A DNA stretch of 64,000 nt from the NCBI GenBank assembly GCA_022072255.1, contig JAJVHZ010000061.1, positions 26,207-90,206 of the forward strand. The letters are read 5' to 3'. Positions within the stretch are counted from its first letter, which is position 1. The number at the start of each line of letters is the position of its first letter. The stretch comes from Gammaproteobacteria bacterium. GTDB lineage: Bacteria > Pseudomonadota > Gammaproteobacteria > JAJPIJ01. A model generated the notes under the pieces. It worked only from the letters and a program-made list of their open reading frames with translations. It was not told the DNA's origin and searched no databases. The translations under genes and the position numbers were made by a program. Positions 9,780-19,759 of the stretch are shown piece by piece.

Positions 9780-10976
9780 TCAGGACATGCGTTCGTTGCA
9801 GGCCGCGACGGTGCCGCGCCGTGGCGCTTCCCTCAGCCGGCTGACCGGCAATGTCGCCCGCATCCTGGCCGCATAGGCGCGCAGGCAGATCTCGTTGCGT
9901 CCCAGGATGCCGTCCCTGAAGCTGCTCGAAGTCACGCCCGCCTGCACGCGCTCGATGAGGTCCTTGTCCTCGATGCCGACGCGCCGGTTGATCCGCAGGT
10001 TGAGCGCCCGGGCCGTCCTCATCCCGGCGCGCTCGTCCGGGAAACCATAGGCGGCGTCACGCATCAGCGTCTCGGTCGGCGACAGCGGCAGGAACTGCAG
10101 AAACTCGACCTGGTCCGGGTAGAGGTTGAACGTGAGATTCGGCCACAGCAGGTAATACAGCCACATCCGCCGGTACCTCTCCGGCAGATATTCGACCGCC
10201 GGCAGCACCTTCCTGTAGACGCGTACGCTCAGACCGGCGCGCGGCAGATCCTCCACCGACCCCGACAGGCGGTAGACCGATTCCGTCCTGACCTCCATGC
10301 CGTAGGTGTTCCCGACCAGGCTGTCGAGGCCGCGATGCGCCACCCGTACGTGCAGCGCGTCTATGTAGTTGTCGCTGGCATTCTTCCAGTTCGTCTGGCA
10401 ACGCCGGCCGGAAACGCCTCCGAGCGGTTGCAGGGACTCGATGCGGTAAAGGCGCATCTCGGGCGCCATCGGTGCGGCGCTCTCCGCCAGGTCCATGGGG
10501 CCGCTGGTGAACCGGATGAAGACGAAGCCCAGGAACACGTCGCAGTCGATCGGCACCAGTCCGTAATCACCGTCGTTGATCTGCGGGTATTGAGTCTTGA
10601 ACGGAATGCCCGCCAGCTTGCCCTCGAAGGTGTAACTCCAGGCATGATACGGACAGGTGATGTGGCGTTCGCAGCGGCCGCGATCGCCGTCCAGCAGTCG
10701 CGCCGCCCGATGACGGCACACATTGTGGAACGCGCGCAGCGCTCCTGCTTCGTCGCGAATTACGATCGCGGATTCGCCGAGCAGCGAGAACGTGTGGTAA
10801 TCGCCCGCTGCCGGGATGTCATTGCCGTGGCAGACCAGCTGCCAGGTGCGCATGAAGACCCGTTCGCGCTCGAGCTCGAAGAATTCCTGGTCGTAGTACG
10901 TCCACGCCGGCAGCGTACGGTCGCCCGAATCGTGCTCGGGGGAAGGTGCCGGTTCCACGGGGCGGACGAGGTCCAT
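9780..10976 (-). CDS. Rieske non-heme iron oxygenase alpha subunit (GbcA/Stc2/CntA-like monooxygenase/demethylase class)
   Basis: It has the Rieske motif CRHRAARL...CPYHAW and a mononuclear-iron motif D-x2-H-x4-H (DALHVRVAH). I trimmed the start to MDLVRP (the 50-aa upstream extension has no support). Confidence 0.85.
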   Translation of the reverse strand: MDLVRPVEPAPSPEHDSGDRTLPAWTYYDQEFFELERERVFMRTWQLVCHGNDIPAAGDYHTFSLLGESAIVIRDEAGALRAFHNVCRHRAARLLDGDRGRCERHITCPYHAWSYTFEGKLAGIPFKTQYPQINDGDYGLVPIDCDVFLGFVFIRFTSGPMDLAESAAPMAPEMRLYRIESLQPLGGVSGRRCQTNWKNASDNYIDALHVRVAHRGLDSLVGNTYGMEVRTESVYRLSGSVEDLPRAGLSVRVYRKVLPAVEYLPERYRRMWLYYLLWPNLTFNLYPDQVEFLQFLPLSPTETLMRDAAYGFPDERAGMRTARALNLRINRRVGIEDKDLIERVQAGVTSSSFRDGILGRNEICLRAYAARMRATLPVSRLREAPRRGTVAACNERMS

Positions 10977-11002
10977 GCGTACACCTTGCCGGCGCGTGCG
11001 CC

Positions 11003-12898
11003 TCAGCGCCCCGCCCTCGCCAGAGCCTCGTTGCGCAGCGCCACGCTGCCCGCCGGCGGCGCCTGCAGCAGCATGCAGGCCGGCAGGCGTTCGCGGATCC
11101 AGTCCTGGAAGCGCTTCACGAGACATTCCTTGTCCGAGAGGATGCCCACGTCATAGGCACTGGTCGCCAGCCCGCGTTGCACCGAGTGAGTGAGCAGGTT
11201 GTCCTCGGCCTGCACGCGCATGTTGATGCGGTCGCTCAGGTACCGCGCTGCCCTGGTCTCGCGCCGACCGTCCGGCAGGCCATAGGAGCGGCCGCGCAGC
11301 ATGACGCGCCCGGCGGCCAGCGGGATCATCTGGAAGAAATCCATCTTCTCCGGGAAGAGATCAAGAAAGGTGTTCGGGAACATCGCGTAGTACGTCCAGC
11401 GCGTCTGCATGTGCGCAGGCAGATGTTCATACCTGGGCAGGAGCTTGCGGTACAGGTGCGTGCTCCAGTTCCTGTCGGCCCTCTCACGCATCTCGTGACT
11501 GAGCCGAATCACGCCGGTTCCTGCATATTCACGGTCGTACTGCCTCTTCATCAGTGCGAACAGTCCGCGATGGCCCGACGGAAAGTGGTAGTCCTCGACA
11601 TAGTTCTCCATCCCGTTCTTCCAGTCCATCGCCACCGTCTCTTCCCAGAACCGGCGATCGCTGTATCGATCGTTCGTCGGCACCATGTCGGCCGTGCGGT
11701 AGGTCGCGAACTCCTCCGCGTACGGAGCGAACTGTTCGGCCACCGACGCCCCCCCCGTCCTGATCCGCACGAAAACGAAACCCAGGAACACCTCGCAGTC
11801 GAGGCCCTTGAGGCCGAATCTCGAGGCGTCGTGCTTGCGGAAGCTGTCCGGGGCCGGGAGGCCGTGACGGCTGCCGTCGAGACTGTAGGTCCAGCCGTGG
11901 TAGGGGCAGACCATGCGTCCGGTCTTGCAGTGGCCGCTCTGCCCCTGCACCACGGCATGCGCCCGATGACGGCAGACGTTGTGGAAGGCGCGGATCTCGC
12001 CCTCTTCCCCGCGAACCACGAACAGGCGCTCGTTCAGCAGCTCGAAGGTCACGTAATTACCGGGCTGCGGCATGTCGCTGACATGGCAGACGAGCTGCCA
12101 CGACGGCATGAAGATGTGCTCCTTCTCCAGCGCGAGGAATTCGTCGTTGCCATACACCCACGCCGGCAGCGTGTAGATCAGACCCCCCTGCGACACCGGT
12201 GCCATCGCCTCGGGCTCGCCGGGCAGCGCGCGGGCCTCTTCCCGCGTGGCGGAACCGGCCGCCGGCAGCTCGAATCGCCACGGAAACAGGCTGGCGAGAA
12301 ACGCCTGGCAGCGCCTGCGGGCGGCGGCGCGATCGAACTTCTCCCCCGTGAACATGATCTCCTGCCACAGCTCGTCGACGAGGCCCACCAGTCCATAGGC
12401 GATGGCCTCGGCGTCGAGACGCACGCTGTTCTGGGGGTCGCGGGTCATGCGCTCGCAAAGCTGCAGCACCGTGCGGAAGTAGGCGGCGTCGCGGTCGCCG
12501 CACAGTTGCTGATAGTCCTGTCGGGCGCGTGACTCCGACATGAAGGCGTACCACACGGCCACCTTGCGCGGCTCCGTCAGTTCCGGATCGAGGTTGACGT
12601 CGATGATGTCCAGCAGCGTCTGCGCGGGATCCTCACCGGCATTCTCGAGACAGCGCGCGATCGCCTGTTCGAACTCCTCGGCCACGCTGCGCAAGGTGGC
12701 GAGCAGGAGCGACTCCTTGCTGGTGAAATGAAAATTGACCGTGCCTGCGGTGAGGCCCGCCAGGGCGGTGATCTTGGCGAGCGTCAGGTTGGAGATGCCA
12801 TGCTCGAAGATCGCGGTCATGGTGGCATCGATCAGGCGCTGCTTGCTCTCCGGGATCGGCGTCGATGTTCCCGGCTGACGGTTCTCGACTATGGCCAT
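11003..12898 (-). CDS. fusion protein: N-terminal TetR-family HTH regulator domain (about 210 aa) plus C-terminal Rieske non-heme iron oxygenase alpha subunit (about 400 aa)
   Basis: This is a single uninterrupted ORF. Residues about 20-232 are a TetR fold (helix-turn-helix LTLAKITALAGLTAGTVNFHFTSKESLL plus ligand-binding helices). Residues about 251-650 are paralogous to the adjacent Rieske protein (CRHRAHAV...CPYHGW; EDYHFPSGH). AGGAGA lies 6 nt upstream of the ATG at 12898. An internal Met with a weak GAGG SD at 12205 could also allow a stand-alone Rieske product. Confidence 0.75.
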   Translation of the reverse strand: MAIVENRQPGTSTPIPESKQRLIDATMTAIFEHGISNLTLAKITALAGLTAGTVNFHFTSKESLLLATLRSVAEEFEQAIARCLENAGEDPAQTLLDIIDVNLDPELTEPRKVAVWYAFMSESRARQDYQQLCGDRDAAYFRTVLQLCERMTRDPQNSVRLDAEAIAYGLVGLVDELWQEIMFTGEKFDRAAARRRCQAFLASLFPWRFELPAAGSATREEARALPGEPEAMAPVSQGGLIYTLPAWVYGNDEFLALEKEHIFMPSWQLVCHVSDMPQPGNYVTFELLNERLFVVRGEEGEIRAFHNVCRHRAHAVVQGQSGHCKTGRMVCPYHGWTYSLDGSRHGLPAPDSFRKHDASRFGLKGLDCEVFLGFVFVRIRTGGASVAEQFAPYAEEFATYRTADMVPTNDRYSDRRFWEETVAMDWKNGMENYVEDYHFPSGHRGLFALMKRQYDREYAGTGVIRLSHEMRERADRNWSTHLYRKLLPRYEHLPAHMQTRWTYYAMFPNTFLDLFPEKMDFFQMIPLAAGRVMLRGRSYGLPDGRRETRAARYLSDRINMRVQAEDNLLTHSVQRGLATSAYDVGILSDKECLVKRFQDWIRERLPACMLLQAPPAGSVALRNEALARAGR

Positions 12899-12959
12899 GA
12901 TCACTCTCCTGTCCGAGGCCTGCATGATGATACAGGGACGTCGCGGTGTATTCAATGTC

Positions 12960-12977
12960 CATTCAATTCGTTGAATG
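12960..12977. promoter_or_regulatory. inverted repeat CATTCAA-N4-TTGAATG (candidate TetR-type operator) about 60 bp upstream of the fusion-gene start, flanked by further ATTCA half-sites at 12950-12957 and 12990-12996
   Basis: The arms are perfect 7-bp repeats read directly from the sequence. The position upstream of a TetR-domain gene fits the usual autoregulatory arrangement. Confidence 0.35.
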
Positions 12978-13215
12978 CCTGTTTAGAACATTCATCCAAC
13001 AGTTCGCGACCTCGTCGGGGCCCCTCGGATCCAGGGTACGGCCACAGGTTATCGGTTTGGCAGGTGCCGGGACCGGGGTGTGTGCCCGTGGCTGCGGGCA
13101 TCGCTGCGGGGGCGGAGAGGTTCGGGCGGCGGAGAGAACCTCAGAGATTCTCGAAGATAATATAAAACATAGCTTATTATCAATATAGTATCTGCATTAA
13201 CTAACGTATTTTCGA

Positions 13216-14034
13216 TTACCGGATCTCGGCCGACGCATCAGGTGTGGCGGCCGCAAACAGGCGGAAGAAGTTCTCGGTGGTCTGGCGGGCAAGCACCTCG
13301 ACGGGAACCCCGCGCAGGGCAGCGAGAAACTCCCCGACGTGCCGCACGTAGGCCGGCTGGTTCTCCTTGCCGCGATAGGGCACCGGCGCGAGGTAGGGGC
13401 AGTCCGTCTCGATGAGAAGTCGATCCGCCGGGACTGCGCGGGCGACTTCCTGGAGGGCGCCGGCATTTCGGAAGGTGACGATGCCCGAGAACGAGATGAG
13501 GAAGCCGAGCTCCATCGCCTGGACCGCGGTATCGAGATCCTCCGTGAAGCAGTGCATCACGCCACCCACCTCCGCCGCGCGCTCCTCGCGCAGTATGCGC
13601 AGGGTGTCCGCGCGGGCATCACGGGTGTGAATGATCAGCGGCTTGCCGCATTGCCGCGCGACGTCGATGTGACGGCGGAATCGATCGCGTTGCCAGCCGA
13701 GGTCCCCCCGGGAGCGAAAGTAGTCCAGGCCGGTCTCACCGACGGCGATCGCCCTGGGATGCCGGGCGTACCGGAGCAACTGCTCGCAGGAGGCGTCCAG
13801 ATCGGCCCCGGTATTCGGATGTACGCCCACGGAGGCAAACACGTTCCGGTGCGTCTCGGCGAGTCGTATCACGTCGGGGATCGACTCGATATCGACCGAC
13901 ACGCAGAGGAGGTGTCCCACGCCGTTCTCGGCGGCCTGGCGCAGCACGGATTGCACGCCCGCCTCCGTGCGACCGAGGCCGAGCATGGGGATGTGGCAGT
14001 GGGAGTCGACGAACAGCGCTGGCGTCGCGTTCAT
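13216..14034 (-). CDS. tatD: TatD-family metal-dependent deoxyribonuclease/hydrolase
   Basis: TatD motifs are present (FVDSHCH, HPNTG, AIGETGLDY, IIHTRDA, MHCF, ISFSGIVTF, ETDCPYLAP). I trimmed the start to MNATPALFVDSHCH. Confidence 0.85.
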   Translation of the reverse strand: MNATPALFVDSHCHIPMLGLGRTEAGVQSVLRQAAENGVGHLLCVSVDIESIPDVIRLAETHRNVFASVGVHPNTGADLDASCEQLLRYARHPRAIAVGETGLDYFRSRGDLGWQRDRFRRHIDVARQCGKPLIIHTRDARADTLRILREERAAEVGGVMHCFTEDLDTAVQAMELGFLISFSGIVTFRNAGALQEVARAVPADRLLIETDCPYLAPVPYRGKENQPAYVRHVGEFLAALRGVPVEVLARQTTENFFRLFAAATPDASAEIR

Positions 14035-14117
14035 GCGGTTGCGTGCGGAGACCGGAAACTGCGCGGCGTGCGCCCGGGTCTCTTGGCCACGGCGGCACGC
14101 CTTACGACGACCCGCCG

Positions 14118-14477
14118 CTACATCGTGTGAGTCGCGCGGTCGGACTTCAGGACACCGGCGAGCAGGGTCTCGATCTTGTTGCGCGTGGCGCCCTTGTCGA
14201 GCTCGCTGAACTGTACGCCGATCCCCGCGGTCTTGTTGCCCTGCGCCCCCTTCGGGGTGATCCACGCCACCTTGCCCGCCACCGGCAGCTTCTCCTTGCC
14301 CTCGGGGAGCGTGAGCAGCATGAAGACCTCGTCCCCGAGCTTGTACTGGTTGGGCGTCGGCACGAACAGTCCGCCATTTTTCAGGAACGGCATGTAGGCC
14401 ACATACAAGGCTCCCTTCTCGCGGATGGTCAGCGAAAGGATGCCCTTGCGGGGCGCATTGGGATCAGGGGTGCTCAA
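14118..14477 (-). CDS. pilZ: type IV pilus assembly PilZ-domain protein
   Basis: It closely matches Pseudomonas PilZ (GILSLTIREKGALYVAYMPFLKNGGLFVPT). The tatD-pilZ-holB synteny is conserved. Confidence 0.85.
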   Translation of the reverse strand: MSTPDPNAPRKGILSLTIREKGALYVAYMPFLKNGGLFVPTPNQYKLGDEVFMLLTLPEGKEKLPVAGKVAWITPKGAQGNKTAGIGVQFSELDKGATRNKIETLLAGVLKSDRATHTM

Positions 14478-14497
14478 TGGTATCGGGTCCGTTCAAT

Positions 14498-15466
14498 TCA
14501 GTCCGCCCACAGGAGGGCAAAGTCCTCCAGCATGTCCTGCGCCCGCACGTTCGCACCTGAGGCATGCAGCCGCCATTGTTCGAGCAGCAGCGCGTGGGCA
14601 CGCGTCAGCTTTGACAAGTCTATACGCTCCGCCGTCGTCTGCAAGACCTGATGCAGATCGGCGTGCTGCAGCAGCTCGGCCGGGGCGGCGGACTTGCTCC
14701 GGATCAGATCCTGCAGCAGCGAGACCAGCACCCGCAGGGTCGAGGTCATGTCCAGTGCGGACCATCGCGCCGCCGTCGTAATCGGCTCGGCCTTGCCCGA
14801 CGCCAGCCCGTGCAATTCGACCATCATGCGGCTGCGTTCGGCGTAGACCCCGGCCCGTTCCATCGCCAGTGCGAGCAGCGGGCCGCCGTTGGCCAAACCC
14901 AGGGCGCACTCGGCCGCGATTTCCGCCTTCAGCTGTCCGCGCAGCCACCGGATCTTCCGGGTCCGTTCGCCGCCGAAATCGATGCGCTGGCAGCGGCTGC
15001 GGATGGTGGCCGGCAGCGTCGCCGGGGCATGCGCAACGAGGATCAGCAGGGTTCTTAGCGGCGGCTCCTCCAGTGTCTTGAGCAGGCTGTTGGCGGCATT
15101 GCGATTCATCGCGTCGGCAGGCTGGATCAGCACCACCCGCATGGCCTCCGCCCCGGCCGTGGTCAGGGCAATCTGCTCTATGAGCGCGCGGATCTGGTCT
15201 ATCCTGATCGCGATCGAGTCCTCCTCGGGGGAGACCTGGATCAGGTTCGGATGCGTCCCCGCCTCCAGCAGCTCGCAGCTCCGGCACCGGCCGCAGGCAG
15301 TCCCCGCCGCGGTCGGGCGCTCGCAAAGCAGCACCCTGGCAAAGGCTGCGGCGAACATGCCCTTGCCGCATCCCTGCGGGCCGGTCAGCAGGAGCGCGTG
15401 CGGCAGGCGGCGGCTCTCCGCTGCGGCCTGCAATCGCCTCCAGGCGTGTTCCTGCCAGGGATACAT
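14498..15466 (-). CDS. holB: DNA polymerase III subunit delta prime
   Basis: It has the HALLLTGPQGCGK Walker-like motif and the zinc module CGRCRSC. Confidence 0.85.
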   Translation of the reverse strand: MYPWQEHAWRRLQAAAESRRLPHALLLTGPQGCGKGMFAAAFARVLLCERPTAAGTACGRCRSCELLEAGTHPNLIQVSPEEDSIAIRIDQIRALIEQIALTTAGAEAMRVVLIQPADAMNRNAANSLLKTLEEPPLRTLLILVAHAPATLPATIRSRCQRIDFGGERTRKIRWLRGQLKAEIAAECALGLANGGPLLALAMERAGVYAERSRMMVELHGLASGKAEPITTAARWSALDMTSTLRVLVSLLQDLIRSKSAAPAELLQHADLHQVLQTTAERIDLSKLTRAHALLLEQWRLHASGANVRAQDMLEDFALLWAD

Positions 15467-15473
15467 CGTAATC

Positions 15474-17155
<1,682 letters not shown>

Positions 17156-17162
17156 CGGGCGT

Positions 17163-17996
17163 TCATTCCATTCCCAGTTCCGCCCGCAGGCGCTGCGCCA
17201 GGGGCTGCGAGTCGTATTCCCTGCCTCCCTCGGGTAACAGGATGCGGCGGACCGGCCAGAGGCCGATGAGGGAGTTGGTCAGGAACACCGCGTCCGCCGC
17301 GCGCAGATCGGCCAGCGTCATGCGCCGTTCGATCACCGCTGCGCCGGCGGCGGCGCGCTGCTCGATTATCCGCCGGCGCACGATGCCGGCCACGCCGCAG
17401 CCATCGAGCGGCGGCGTGCGGATCTCTCCGTCGGCGCAAACGAAAACATTGCTCATCGTGCCCTCGACGAGATAGCCGTTGGCATCGAACATCAGTCCCT
17501 CGGCGATGGCCGGGTCGCTCCATTCGCCGCGCGCGAGCACCTGCTCGAGCCGGTTGAGATGCTTGAGCCCCGCCAGGGCCGGATTGCAGCCCAGCCGCAG
17601 CTCGCACAGCCGCACCGTTACGCCCTGCTCGCGGCAGGCAGGCGGATGATCCGGCCAGGGGCTGATGGTCAGGACGCGGGTCGGCGAGGGATGATCCGGG
17701 GGGCGGTAACCTCGCCCGCCGGTCCCGCGGGACAAGACGATCTTGAGCACGAGCGGCCGGTCATCGATCGGCAGTTTCAGGAAATCGTCGAACAACTGCT
17801 CCGGCGCAGGCGGCGGGATGCGCAGTCGTTCGCAGCCCGCCCGCAGACGCTCGACATGAAGGTTCCAGTTCCTCGGCTGGCCGCCGAGGACGGCGATGGT
17901 CTCGAACAGTCCGTCACCGTACTGCAGGCCCCGGTCGTATGCCGAGATGCAGTCAGTCGTTTCGCCGTTCACCACCACGTTGCCCATGGCGGTCAT
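17163..17996 (-). CDS. pabC: aminodeoxychorismate lyase (class IV aminotransferase fold)
   Basis: PabC-like motifs are present (GLQYGDGLFET, the branched-chain-aminotransferase fold). Its position between mltG and fabF is conserved. Confidence 0.8.
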   Translation of the reverse strand: MTAMGNVVVNGETTDCISAYDRGLQYGDGLFETIAVLGGQPRNWNLHVERLRAGCERLRIPPPAPEQLFDDFLKLPIDDRPLVLKIVLSRGTGGRGYRPPDHPSPTRVLTISPWPDHPPACREQGVTVRLCELRLGCNPALAGLKHLNRLEQVLARGEWSDPAIAEGLMFDANGYLVEGTMSNVFVCADGEIRTPPLDGCGVAGIVRRRIIEQRAAAGAAVIERRMTLADLRAADAVFLTNSLIGLWPVRRILLPEGGREYDSQPLAQRLRAELGME

Positions 17997-18020
17997 CTTG
18001 ACCGTCGCGATCAGCGGCGG

Positions 18021-19259
18021 TCAAGGACGTTTGAAGATGAGGGTGCCGTTGGTGCCGCCGAAACCGAAGGAGTTCGAGAGCGTGATGTCCAGTTTCATCT
18101 CGCGTGCCTGGTTGGGCACGTAGTCAAGATCGCACTCGGGGTCCGGCGTGAAGAGGTTGATGGTCGGCGGGGCAACCTGATCGCGAATGGCGAGTATGCA
18201 GAAGACCGCCTCGGCCCCCCCCGCGGCGCCAAGCATGTGGCCGACCATCGACTTGGTCGAACTCATGGCGAGCTTGTAGGCATGGGCACCGAAGACCGCC
18301 TTCACCGCATCGGTCTCCGCCTTGTCGCCGAAGGGCGTGGAGGTGCCATGCGCGTTGATGTAATCGATCTGCTCCGGATTGAGGCCCGCGCTGCGCAGGG
18401 CCAGTCGCATGCAGCGCGATGCACCCTCGCCGCCCGGCGATGGAGCCGTCATGTGGAAGGCGTCGCTGTTGGCGCCGTAGCCGATCAGTTCCGCGTAAAT
18501 CCGCGCGCCGCGGCGCCGGGCGTGTTCGTATTCCTCCAGTACCATCACGCCGGCCCCGTCGCTGAGGACAAAACCGTCGCGGTCCTTGTCCCATGGGCGC
18601 GAGGCTGTTTCCGGACTGTCGTTGCGGGTCGAGAGCGCCTTGGCCGAGGCAAATCCGCCGAGACCCGTTGGCGAGGTCGCCATCTCCGTCCCGCCGGCAA
18701 CCATGACATCGACGTCGCCGTATTCGATGAGGCGAGCGGCATCGCCGATGGAATGGGTACCCGTGGCGCAGGCCGAGACGATCGCGTAATTCGGCCCCCT
18801 GAAGCCGTACTTGATCGAAACGTTGCCGGCGACCATGTTGATGATGTTGCTCGGCACGAAGAACGGGGAGATCTTGCGCGGGCCGCCCTCCAGGAACGAA
18901 CCATAGCCCCGTTCGATACCGGGCAATCCGCCGATACCGGAGCCGATCAGCACGCCGATCCGTTCCGCGTTGGACTCCGTGACCTCCAGGCCCGAGTCGG
19001 TGATCGCCTCGATGGACGCCGCCATCCCGTAGTGGATGAAGGTGTCCATCTTCTTCACGTCCTTGGCCGGAATGAACTTGGTCGCATCGAAGTCCTTGAT
19101 CTGCCCGCCGAAGGTCGTCGTGAAGTCCGAGGCATCGAAGGAGGTGATGGTGCCGATGCCGCTCTTGCCGGCGACGATGTTCGCCCAGGCCGTGGGCACG
19201 TCGTTGCCCACGGGTGCCACCAGTCCCAATCCGGTTACTACCACGCGTCGCTTCGTCAC
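18021..19259 (-). CDS. fabF: beta-ketoacyl-ACP synthase II
   Basis: KAS II motifs are present, including the active-site Cys region [12 protein letters not shown] and the GHxxGAAG His motifs. I chose a GTG start at [12 protein letters not shown]. Confidence 0.92.
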   Translation of the reverse strand: MTKRRVVVTGLGLVAPVGNDVPTAWANIVAGKSGIGTITSFDASDFTTTFGGQIKDFDATKFIPAKDVKKMDTFIHYGMAASIEAITDSGLEVTESNAERIGVLIGSGIGGLPGIERGYGSFLEGGPRKISPFFVPSNIINMVAGNVSIKYGFRGPNYAIVSACATGTHSIGDAARLIEYGDVDVMVAGGTEMATSPTGLGGFASAKALSTRNDSPETASRPWDKDRDGFVLSDGAGVMVLEEYEHARRRGARIYAELIGYGANSDAFHMTAPSPGGEGASRCMRLALRSAGLNPEQIDYINAHGTSTPFGDKAETDAVKAVFGAHAYKLAMSSTKSMVGHMLGAAGGAEAVFCILAIRDQVAPPTINLFTPDPECDLDYVPNQAREMKLDITLSNSFGFGGTNGTLIFKRP

Positions 19260-19325
19260 CGTGCTGTTCCTGATCGTGAGGATATAGTGCGCTGCAATAG
19301 ATTTCGGTCGAGCAAACAAAAAGGC

Positions 19326-19366
19326 CGCGTCGGGTCCAGCGTCGCGGCCTCGGGGACTGCGTCAGG
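19326..19366 (-). terminator. rho-independent terminator downstream of acpP
   Basis: On the minus strand the sequence reads GGCCGCG-N13-CGCGGCC followed by TTTTTGTTT. Confidence 0.5.
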
Positions 19367-19374
19367 GCCGGTCG

Positions 19375-19614
19375 TTACGCCGATGCATGAGCCTTGACGT
19401 AGTCGATCGCCTGTTGGACGGTCGTGATCTTTTCGGCCTCCTCGTCCGGTATCTCGGTCTTGAATTCTTCTTCCAAGGCCATGACGAGCTCGACGGTGTC
19501 CAGCGAGTCCGCGCCAAGATCGTCGACAAAGGAGGACTCGGTCGTGACCTCCTCTTCCTTCACGCCCAGCTGCTCAACGACGATTTTCTTGACGCGTTCT
19601 TCAATGCTGCTCAT
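19375..19614 (-). CDS. acpP: acyl carrier protein
   Basis: 79 aa containing the [19 protein letters not shown] phosphopantetheine-attachment motif. Confidence 0.97.
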   Translation of the reverse strand: MSSIEERVKKIVVEQLGVKEEEVTTESSFVDDLGADSLDTVELVMALEEEFKTEIPDEEAEKITTVQQAIDYVKAHASA

Positions 19615-19759
19615 AGCGGATTATCCTCCCACTGAATTCGGGTCGCCGGGGAAACGGCGGGCCAGTAGTTTAGAGAAAACTCAACAAGTTGCAAGCAAAA
19701 GATCCCCCGCAAAAACAATCTGATGCGGGCTCAGCGCCCTACGACACTTTTCCATTCGC

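Noticed and set aside
12203-12205. Interpreting 11003-12955 as two separate genes (tetR and rieske) rather than a fusion
   Set aside because: There is no stop codon in frame between the TetR and Rieske domains, so a product starting upstream necessarily reads through. The internal Met with weak SD is retained only as a possible additional start.
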